Part shown: one piece after another, positions 40,684-51,800 of the stretch
Layout of the letters: each line of letters starts with the position of its first letter
How positions within the stretch are numbered: position 1 is the first letter of the stretch
Source: Blasia pusilla
Taxonomy: Eukaryota
Length of the DNA stretch: 64,000 bases
Assembly: GCA_050084515.1 (NCBI GenBank)
Contig: CM114271.1
Location: 16,244,001-16,308,000 of the forward strand
Reading direction: 5' to 3'
Notes under the pieces: generated by a model
What the model was told of the DNA's origin: nothing
The model's input: only the letters and a program-made list of their open reading frames with translations
Database searches by the model: none
Made by a program: the position numbers and the translations under genes

Positions 40684-42485
40684 TTCATAAGCCTTGTTGG
40701 TCTGGATGTACTTTTTATCCAAATCATGTGCGATGATTCTGGTGTTTGGTGACACTAAAATTAGGAGAGGTCTGATTAGTGTAGAGAAGTTTTCCACCAC
40801 GATTCCATGATAATCATATACTATTATGATACAGTTACCAAATTTCGAAATCATAAGGTGAGTATGCTACATTTTTTAATATCTCCATCCCATTGCGGTG
40901 TCAAAAAATTAAGTATCCTCTCATCTTGAAGATAATCGCCATAACCATGTTATGTCATTGTAATTTCAGCAGTGTCAGCCCTCATATTGATAAAATACCT
41001 GGTAATTTTTACATGTCCACTCAGCTTCCAGCTGCTTGTGTCCATAGCAGGGTGCAATTAAATCTGCAGAGTACTCTCATTAAATATAAACGAAAGACCT
41101 GGTTTGAAAGGGATTTGAAGCTGCAGGAGGGGGAAAAACATCTGTTCAGGTCTAGGATTTTATTTGTAACTCATCAAATTCAGGTTTTGCAGAAGGCAGG
41201 AAACACCCTCCAAAATCTGCTAACTTCAGAGGAAATGTCCCAGTGGATCTTTGAAGCACCTATAACCATTCTAGGCACTCTAAATACTCACAGCGCATAA
41301 TATACGCAGAATGGGATAAATCTGTCCACTTCATCTGCATTTCAATTCCCACCATCTCCTCCCAACTCCTTGGGAAACTCGCCATGTTTTTACCCCTACC
41401 CCACCTATAACATTGTCATGAATAACACTCTGACGGCTCCACCATGTCCTGTTTTTGTCTTAAAATGTCTCTTCTGCTCTTACTGTTTGTCTGCTGACTA
41501 TTAAGTATAACCTTCCACTCAACCCTCTCATAGTCAAGCGCAGAGGGTTGGTGGACAGGCCAGCACCCCATGAGCTTGCAACCATTGCGTGCTATGGTCG
41601 AACTTTTCCACTACAAATCACATTTATAGTAAAAAAGGACTCAGGACAAGCGGTTTCCCACTAGATTATGAGTGCAACTGCAGTCAACTCTACCTGATAT
41701 TTATATAAGGGCAGAATGAAGATGGCCAGCAGAAATTTTCATTCCATTGTGTTATTCCCCCCTATTCTTCGTTTGATTATGCCCACCTGACATGCCAAAG
41801 CAAACATGATCATCGAATTATCATCATAGTACTTGAACTGAGTGCACGCACAAACTGTGATTGACCATACCTTCCAACACATCTTCTAGATACTCTGTAC
41901 AGTCACTAGGACTGTCCCCTGCGCACAGAATCAGGTACTTACATTCCCGCCTTCTCTGAACAGGCACAAACCAAATTCACCTCTAGTCAGCATCTATTCC
42001 CTAGAAAACTGCAAATTATTAAAAATTAGAAATGGTACTCATTAAATAGTACCTGCCTGTCAAAGGCTTGCCAACATAGATCCCCTCTGGGTTACTGGGA
42101 TGGGTGCAGGAGGAAGAAGTGAAGAAACTTTCCATGACAGGAACTACTCTTTCTTAAGTGAGTACTTCCACACAAATTGCTAGTTGGGAGCTTCCTGGTG
42201 TTAGCCAGCAAACTCATTACAACACTATTTACTTTTACTAACTTTTGGCCACACAAAGTAGTACTCAGGAGTGCAGTAGCTTTGGGGAGTGAATCCACAC
42301 TACTAGACCGTAAACCCTAAACAGCTTTGATGAAAACATAGCAAATAGATGGGTATTTACCTGCATGATGTAGCCTCAATACATCCCAGCTGATTTAGCA
42401 AGCAGCTAAGATTTCATTTGCATGTGCTTTTGCTTTCCCTGATCGGAAGCAAGCATTTAGCATGGCAATTTACCACATCTCTTAT

Positions 42486-45400
42486 TCATGAACAAGTGTT
42501 CTCCCTTTCAACAGGCAGCTTCGCCTCAATTATTGAAGCTAACGCATCAATCGACTTGTAGACTCCTGGCTCTTCACGAAGTACTGCTTCAAATGCTGGG
42601 CTTGCACACCTTCAAGAACAGACCAGCAGATGTTAAAGTATCTGCAATGCCACACGCTTCTCACGTGGAAGGGCTGACAACAGACAAATAGGACTTTGTT
42701 TGATAGTTAAAATTTTGAGTATTCACCCATCCATCTGCTCAAATTTCAACAATCAAACAAAGTTCTTAGACTCGATGCTAAAAGATAGAATCCAGGTGAT
42801 GGACGGAGTGGAATAAGAGCTAGAAAGCCTTACATTAGCCTTACCAACCATGTACTTAATGGCTTGCATTTCAATATGAAGGAAACTCTACTTCTAAATC
42901 GATTACAAGATCTTCAATCACACAAGCCATGCATATTTCTAAATAGTACTGAAACGAAGATGCTTACAAGTGTAATAGATTGAAAACGTCTTTCACAGCA
43001 GTATGTACGTCCAAAGCCGACTTCCTGGTGCTCGACTCTTTATAGGTTTCTGCAAGCTCTTCCATTATTCTGAAGATGAAAACCATCAGTAAATTAAGTC
43101 CTCTCCATCTCCCTCCTCTCATATGGTACCTTCTTCACTTGCTTCTCTCTCTACACCCATCCCAGTCTCAAGCACCGTCCAACCAGGGCGCGGGGTCTAT
43201 GGTTGCAAGGCTACAACAGGCACTACTTAATGAGTACAGTCTCTAAACCCTTAACCCTAAATCGTCTGTCTCACGCACCGTCCAACCAGGGCGTGGGGTC
43301 TATGGTCGCAAGGCTACGACAGGCACTACTTAATGAGTACAGTCTCCTCTCTCTACACCCATCCCAGTCTCAAGCACCATCCAACAAGGGCGCGGGGTCT
43401 ATGGTCGCAAGCCTACGACAGGCACTACTTAATGAGTACAGTCTCATTAACTCTTGCGCCTTGTGTGACGATGGGGATGAAACCTGACATTACTTTCTGG
43501 GAAAGAAATCATCGAGACAGTCTGGTTTACTAAAACCAACATATAAGTAACCCCTCACTTATCCACAACGTTGCGAAATACAGTTTCAGAGTGTCACCTT
43601 TTGAGATGGGTAGGAATTCGGGGCCAGGTATGAGTTATCAGAGTCTGAAGTCTCAACAGCGCCTGCATATGTCATGGGCACAGGAGTTCCTTAGTTTACA
43701 CTGGTCTGTAAGAACTTAAGACACAGGCAGCAATCACAGTGTAACTGAGAGAAGGTTATCCTGTTCGGAGACTCCAAAACTTCAATTGAAGAGCATATGA
43801 GCCATTTCTTGGGACAGGCAAATTCAACTGCTGAAATAGAAAATGGCAGCTAAATGAGGAGACTGGCAAGCAGTATAATCAGATGGTGTGTGGCAACATA
43901 CCAAAATGCAGGTCATGTCATCTGGGGCATGGAGCCAGGTGTATAAAAGGGGCAACAGCTTTTTAAAGTGCACCACGAGAATAAGACCCATGGCCTCCAT
44001 TTGTGGCAAGATCTCTTGGAGCCAAGCAATGCGTCGAGACTTATCATCTCTTTGTCTCTCAAGTTCGCAAATCATTTCACTGAAAATTCGTCCATACCTT
44101 CAAATATCAAGGTCATTGAAAGAATTAAGGGCATGCCTATACTTTACTTTAACAGCATACAAGAGGACACCTAAGCTGAAAAGATATAAAGTGGTGTATC
44201 ATTCAGCACTAAATTTCAAAACTCAAGAATCTCACCATGATCCCCGAGGGTTCTTTCCTTCCATGCGAGTAACAGTTTTAACAGCCATCTTCACAGCAGC
44301 TGGCCAGAGATCTCCACAGCCAACTAAACTCCGGCACACACTATCAAGAATGACATCCTTGTACCACCTAAGCTCAGTTGGGTTCATGTTCTGTGCCAAA
44401 TAAATGAAGGCTCTCATGGCTTGTCTCTAAAACACATCAACCACACAAGACGTCAGCTCACAACTATCAACTAGACTGATACAGTCCTTCAAAGAAAGAT
44501 GACACACTTAAGTCATCAACCACCATATGAATATACACGCACCTTAACTTCAGGAGAAAAGTGATCCAAAGCGGTCAGGGCGCAAGGCATCACCACATGG
44601 CAATGTTGTCCCAATTGTGAATGTTCCAACTGCCAAAAAACAATGCCACCGTTCAAAAAACAATCACAGTCTCACATACATATCACCACTACCTGTGGTA
44701 AGTGCTTTCAATCTGATCTCTAACTCGATAGCTGGCGCAAATCAGCAGATTGTGATGTGCAGAAGTCCACAGACGTGTCTAGTGGATCTACCTGTCTCAC
44801 ACACCATTCCATCTGATGGGCAGCGACAATAGCTGAACCCAAGCTCCCATCAGGAGAGACTTTGTAGAGGACTTCATCATTTCTAGTTTCTGAACTCCCC
44901 TTCATCATATCCTTGAGTCTTGGCATCATCGAGGGCAGGTGTTCTGAGATCAGACTAGGAATGGCCTTGGAAAGTGAATTCCCCAAGCCACCACCTACAG
45001 TCACGTCACAGACTTCAGTGGCCTTGGACAGATGAGTCAACAACTTCACAGAATACTCACGGAGCTCTTTAGAAGTCCATGCTACTGCTCCTCCATATTC
45101 TCCATCACCACCGGCAAAGGCTGCACAGCAGAGAATTATATCTTCCACCATTTTCCTTTTCAGTAACTCATCCTGAGGTAACCATCCTCCAGTTTCAATG
45201 ATACATTTGGAGATAGAAAGAAGCAGATGTGCCAACTCAAGAAAATCCTTTGTTTCAGACTTCATCTTGTCATCCACCAAAGTCTTGGTGAGTTCTGGTC
45301 CTACTTGAAGCATCTGCCAGGACATAACTCAACAATTTCAGTACATGATGCCAAGGGTAGTGAAAAAAGAAAGTATGTCACTCCTCAGGCCAGACTACAT

Positions 45401-47415
45401 TCCTTGGGTATTCTCAAGGCAAATCAGCAAGTTGCGTTTTACAGACCTCTACAATCTGTCGCATGGCCATTTCTTGCTCTGGAACATGTTTGTGATCCCT
45501 TGGAACACATCCTGAGATTTTATTCACAGCCAGGGGGGTCACTGATTCGTTACCAGCCAAGGCTTCGAAGGAAATAGACAGAGCCTTCAGAACTGTCACA
45601 ATATTTATGGTCATTAATGCACTGGCAGAGTCTTCATCTATCATCCCTGCACTTCGGTAAGTTCTTGCTAGGTACATTCCTGGTAGAAAATAAGGTGACT
45701 TGGCACTGAGCATGGATGCAAGAGACTGGTAGTAGCTTTGAGCGCCCAGGCACCTGAGACACAGCCATAATCAGTCAGCAGCTAATGTCACTAACTGTAG
45801 CAAACCAGTGCAATGACCTTCAAATGTTAGGAAGACCAATCTTTTCAAATGCATCATGTAAATGGTGCTCACCATCAATGGGTCTACAGTGAAAAACAAA
45901 GCCTCATCACCTCAAGAATAGCACGAGCCTGGTTTCAAGGAGCCGACTTTTTCTCTTATGAGCATCCTCGAGGGCTACAGCCACAACCACCACAAGAAGA
46001 GGGACTACATCAGTTGGTATTTCTCCCTCTTTTTGCAGTTCTCTTGACGTTGGCAATGGTAGAAGCTGCAGAGAGACTGCAGCAGTTATCCCAGCCAAAA
46101 GAACTTCTCCATCAGGCAGATTATCCAGACAGGATGGCTCCTTTAATGAAAAGTTTGTAAGCTTTGATGACACAGCTTCTGCACCAAGAGTTACCGCAAC
46201 AAAACGGTCACAGAGAGCAGAGATTACACCCTGTTGAAGGCCCACAAAGTTACAGAGTCTGACTCAGTTTGGTAAAGCTTAAATGGACGTGACCCATTGA
46301 TTCCAAACAGCTCACACCCACACAGACAGTTTCTGAAGTTCATTGAAGCTGGAGTCCAACTGCAAGGGAAAAGTCTTGTGAGTTGTTCAAGCATTCAGAA
46401 TAAGTAAAATATGAAGCTACTCACATAACGCTTGTTGTAAGATGACAAAAGTCGTTGTAAAATAAATTCTGACGCAACGGTTTGCACTTCTGGTTGGGGA
46501 TCCATGCATGTTGCAAGTACTCCCCACACAATTTCTGCAAACCTGTCGGATCCTATGTCAGTATCCGGACTCAGACTATGGTATACAAACCACAGGATTT
46601 GAAAGACATGGGAGTCACCATGCAGTTTGATCTCGAATTGTATATAAGGTTTTTAACATTGGCTGAATAAGAAGTCCAACTCTGGATAGGAATATGGATC
46701 GTATCAAAGAAATTATCCATACAATGACAGGACACAGAGAATGGTTGACAGGGTTTACGTTGTAGCCGAAAGTAACTCCCGTGTTGCTGACAGGATTCTA
46801 GTTGCAGACTCCACTGCAGCTACTCGAACCTTGTTTCAAGCGAACAATTGAATAATGCAGCCAAGGACACCATTTGTCAATTTCACCGTGCAATATATCC
46901 AAGTGTACCCTTCACAAGTACTTTGTTTCAATACCAGCACGTACACTACGTCACCAATTGTAAGCTAAGTTCTGAAAAGCAGGGAGCATTCAGTGGAGCA
47001 GACATTGCACAAGCACATCTTGCTACCAACACTCGAGAATGTAATTTTTACAAACCACCGACCAAAGATTAATATTTCTACAACGGACTCAGAAGCATGG
47101 ATTTCCAGTCAAGTTCAAAACAACACCAACCTGCCATTGCGAGTCCTTGAGGGAAATATCGTGAACTAGTTGACGCAGCAGCTTCTCGTAAAGCTCAACA
47201 TCCACAGTATGTAACTTAGGAGCTAATTTTGGTCCACCACCAGGGATTTCCATCTCCTCTCCAACAATCAAGGCCTCCGGTCCACCAATATCAATCCCTA
47301 AATCCTCTCCGACGATCAAGCGGGCTGCAAGCTCCGCAGCTGCAGCTCTTTCACGCCAGCGCGGAGCCTTCAGCCCCTCACAACCCAACAGCCCTTGGAG
47401 CTTCAGCTGATCCAT
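42486..47415 (-). CDS. TTI2-like (TTT co-chaperone) HEAT/ARM-repeat protein, roughly 14 exons
   Basis: Exons traced by GT-AG and frame include 47415-47131 (..DSQWQ), 46829-46759 (VRVAAVESATRIL) and later exons encoding MPCALTALDHFSPEVK, ELRWYKDVILD, RRIAWLQEI..MGLILVVHFKKLLPLLYTWLHAPDD and LITHTWPRIPTHL. The final exon ends ..ERENTCS* at 42486. These motifs resemble plant At2g39910/Tti2-family proteins as recalled; internal exon boundaries are approximate. Confidence 0.72.
43145..43446. repeat. Three tandem ~100-bp copies in an intron of the TTI2-like gene
   Basis: gtctca.gcacc.tccaac.agggcg.ggggtctatggt.gcaag.ctac.acaggcactacttaatgagtacagtctc occurs three times. Telomere-like taaacccttaaccctaaa separates copies 1 and 2. 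Confidence 0.9.
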
Positions 47416-47737
47416 CGCTGCCAATACCAGGGCAGCGTCCTCTCCAGCCGACTGAAAGAAACGCTGAGATCGCACCTCTCGTTTGTATTGCACGGTCCAA
47501 TTCCCTGTCTCCGAATTCCTTGTGTCTGACGGTTGAGAAATACGGGGACGACTCAGACGCTTGCTCCTAACGCATGTCCGGCGTTCGAGCGCAGCTATTT
47601 ACCTCGGCCGTGAAATCTCCGGCCAGCGATGTCCGCCCTCTCCTTCTCCTGCACTTTGGAACACATCCTCCGATTCAGACGCCGGGCCTCGCGTGAATGT
47701 TTGAAACGAACCATTCAATTCTCGAATGAGGTGACAG

Positions 47738-49530
47738 ATGCCGAGGGTTTAGAGAGGTGACAAGTTTCATAAAATAAAAATTTACGCATCTATATACCAC
47801 ATATGCATAATACGACAACATAGGCACTCTTGAATTTTCTTATATGGGTAGAAAAAGGAAACGAATAGGATTTGAATGGAACATGTATTAATCAATTAGT
47901 AAGTAATTTAATATTATAATGGCTGATTATAAATATTAATGAAATATGATAAATAACCAAAATTTTAGAATTTTTACTTCAATTCATATTTGATGGAGAA
48001 AAGAATAAATATTTAATGGAAGAGTAAATTTTTTAAAATTTGATGGAAAGATAAAATTACTTAGTGTATTGGGATATCATTTAAATTTGAATGGAGGATT
48101 ATAATTACTAAGAACAGTGGAATACTATTACTCTTCTAAAATTTTAGAAAATAAAATTCATATTTGAAATAAATAGCATGATCATTTTAAGAAATTATTG
48201 TATTAATTCACATGTTATATTTTGGGAAAGGAAAATGAATTTGAATGGAAAAAGAAAAGTTTGAATTTGTGTGCAGCATCATTCATCCCTTCATTAACAA
48301 AAACTCTTCAAACACATTTTTATTTTCCATGCATCGCACGAGTACCTAACTAGTACGTACTAATCCATATCTATACTATTATGACGATAAATTTAACCGG
48401 GAGCAAGAAAATGTCAGAAAAAAAATTTGAATTTGTGTGCAGTATAATTAATCTCTTCACGGGCTATACACTAGTTCTTATTTATTTCCCGTGCATGGCA
48501 TCGGCACCTTATTAGTTATTATTGGAGGGTGCCTTCTTAATTTGCAAACATATTTCTCATTTACATGTGATGAAATGAGATGCCGAGGATTTAGAGAGGT
48601 GACAAGTTTCATAAAATAAAAAGATGAAAGGATTTGAGAAATTTGAGTGATTTTTATGTTTACGCATATGTATTATTCCATATCTATATTATTATGACAA
48701 TAACTTTAACAGGGAGCACGAAAATATCATAAAATTGTTATTTTTGAATTTGTGTGCAGTATAATTAATCTCTTCACATGCTATACACTAGCTCTTAAAC
48801 ACTTTTTTATTTCCCATGCATGGCGTCGGCACCTTACTAGTTATTATTGGAGAGTGTCTTCTTAATTTGCAAACACATTTCTCATTTACATGTGGTAACC
48901 AGGTAGCAAGAAAATCTTTCCTATTCTACAAGTAACAAGAAAATAAATTGTGTGCACTAGGATTAGTCCCTACACTCTCATGCATGGCATGAGCAACATG
49001 GTACTTTAAGAAAAAGAGTTCAATTCATAGGAGACAAGTAAATGGAGAAGAGAAAAGAGGAATGGAGGCTTTTTAAAATTTGAAGATCACCCGTAAATAA
49101 CATGGGTCGACATATGAGGAGGGTTTTCTCAAACCCCATCCCTCTTTCAACTATTTAGATTAGTCAATACTTGTGCCCGGTGGAGGTGAAAAAAGCCTTC
49201 CTTCTCATCTAGTTTAGTTAGATGAAACTAAGGTATTAGAGATGATAGGAGTCGAGACTAGAGACAACCCCAAAGGACAGGTGTTGAGTAGAGAAATGTT
49301 TGTTCTTGAGACCCATGTCGCCAATAATAGTATAGATTATGTAACACTAGTCGATAAAGAAGCTATGAAATTAAGCTACTAGAGGGGACAGGTGTTCATA
49401 CCAAGATAACCAAAAGAAGCCTTCCTTCTCATCTAGTTTAGTTACATGAAATTAAGCCATTAGAGGAGATATGTGTCAAGTAGAGAGATGTTTGTTATTG
49501 AAACCCTGTTGCTCATAATATTATAGACAC
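47738..49530. repeat. AT-rich cluster of Helitron-end-derived duplications
   Basis: Contains tctatactatta-type 5' ends and (c)cgtgcat.gcac..ctagt-type 3' ends. 48370-48570 repeats at 48680-48895, 47738-47780 at 48580-48622, and 49190-49340 at 49415-49530. It shares the module seen in the 12.4-13.9 kb array. Confidence 0.6.
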
Positions 49531-50849
49531 TAAATTATTAAATATTTTATTCATTTGTGGATTGGATTGTTATTCTTATATGAAGAGAAGTTTAGATTGA
49601 TGATTCCTACTTAGACATTAAAGGAAATATGTTGTTAAATATAATATTTAACTATCATTCTTTTGATGTTGAAATTGAAAGAAACCATATGTAGGTGTAT
49701 GATGTAGGTGGTTTATAAATTTTTTTTTATGATGATCAAACCACATATTGTATGAAGGTGCAGGGTTTTTTCTAATCATGAAAAAAAAAGTTTTAAACTA
49801 TAGTTTCCCGAGTAGTCAAGTAATCGAGGAGCCACAATGGTAGCGCATTCTCGTATGTTGAGTAATCTCCATATTTAGGTTCCATCAAAGCTCTACTCTA
49901 AACGCACACACGAACTATGCCACTTTGTATCTTTAAGAATTATAATATATTCATAATTTGGTCATATTTTATACTCTCAAATTGCGTTGCTAGTTTGTTC
50001 TTATATTGCTATTTTGCATATGGGTTTGCCAATAATAATACGGATTTAGGAAGTTGGATGTTTTCCGTTAGGGTGTGTCACTCGATATCCCGTGGAAGAA
50101 TCCGTACATGTCATATGTCCATAGGGGGGTACATGGTACCTTGAGAAATACTTGAAAAGAAAGGTTTTACCCATGGAATGCCCAATGGAAAAGGATCAAA
50201 AATTCCCACGAGACACTGTATGATATACCCTACTCAAAGCCTTGTCGTAACATCTTCAAAGAATCCCCCTTTCTCGAAAGGCAAAACGCCATATGCATAT
50301 GGAAGGGATTACATGTGTATATTGAAAATTATATTTCTACATTGTGATCTATTTAAGTGTGAAAAAAATGTCTCAAAATCATAAAAAGAAACCAATGCAT
50401 AAGATGAGCAAATTGCTAGTAAAGTCTTGAAGAGTGATTCGGGAAAGTGTCATAAAGGTCTAGAACTATGGCTCTTGTTGTCTTCCCCATTGACTCGGGT
50501 CTCTTATGAGGTGATTTCCGATTTTGGAATTGATATTGTTAATGGAGGATAGCTTTTTTGCTTTGCATATGACAATAGACCTCGAAGAAAATGCTTCCAT
50601 CATAGAGGAAGCAAGAAATCATGATTGTTGGTCTCGTGCATAGCTTGAGCTCTACACTAATATGTTTAGAGCCCAATACTCTAGAACTTTGTGACACGAT
50701 GCAATGTCTCCAATTTTAGGTCAAAAAAGAGCTTTCTAGTTATTAGCTTAAAACTTTATGATTCAGATCATTTGATTAGAAGTTAGTAGAAGATCTTGGT
50801 AAGGGATATAAAGTCTATGCCCATTCTATCGAGTGTTGGAAAACCAAGT

Positions 50850-51800
50850 ACACCCTCATCCGATGCTGCTCAGCTTCCTAAGCTAATAATTCATGTCAAA
50901 CAATTCAGGTCCATCGCTTGACCCGAGGCATGACGCATGCATGGGATTTCCTCTGGGAAATCCCAACTCTCGCTCATCAGTGTTAGGCTCCACCAACCGT
51001 TGTGCTTGGTCATCCCAAACTAAGCCAGGACCAACCTCCTTATATACATAGGAAGCGGGAAAACTTACAAACATGGGAAAAGATTCCCATGCCAATCCTG
51101 TTGACCACAGTCATCATGCCTCGTTGCGTGTGATCAACGACCGGAATCCATAATGGAATCCACCAACAAATTGGAGGGTTGCTCCACTCTCACATACATC
51201 CTCCGTAACACCTCACGTGGCACCAAATTGGTCCGCCATAGAACCTACATGATACGCTCGTGAACCTACATTTGCCACATCCAAAAGTAGTGTTGGGCCG
51301 ATCTATGGACTTGCCTAATTAATGTGCAGTTGTCACCACATATGAACTCGCATTGCCCAAAACAGGCACATTCTCCAAGATGTAAGATGGAGAATGGGAG
51401 TGATGTTTCTGCAAGTGTCGTAAGATGCTCATCATCTCCCAAAATGATCTGCACTCAGTGTCAGCTAACTCGCTACCTCATCCAACACTCGATTGGCCCC
51501 AACATGGCCAACCAACAATGACCAAATCAATAGTCTCTACTTGCTCCAAGCCCTACGCCCCCAACAACGAGATATCCCTTGGTAGGGAACTCCGATACCC
51601 CTGTACAACGGACGTAGAGAACAAGTCAGAAAATGGACGCATAATTGTGCCACCCGTCAAAGTGAAATGTATCTTGGAACCTCATCAAGCTCGACATACA
51701 GATACTACTACACATGCACTACTGTTTGCAAAATAAGAGCAAACCTAGTGTTGATCCCTTCAAAGAGATCTAACAATCGAATATCCTTCTCACCATTGCG
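50850..51800 (-). pseudogene. C5-cytosine DNA methyltransferase domain (DNMT3/DRM-type catalytic motifs, unpermuted order) within the retroelement polyprotein
   Basis: Motif I LLDLFEGI (51756-51770), YLYVELD (II), IDLVIVGWPC (IV, 51502-51513), YILENV (VI, 51367-51375), GSRAY..WRTNL (VIII-like), ERELGFP (IX) and GQAMDLNCL (X, ~50900-50925). Several in-frame stops and frameshifts are present. Confidence 0.85.

Noticed and set aside
50400-50780. Possible continuation (RT) of the DNMT element, or a Copia fragment (IEEARNHDCW on +)
   Set aside because: There are no RT motifs on the minus strand, and the Copia-like similarity is too short to call.
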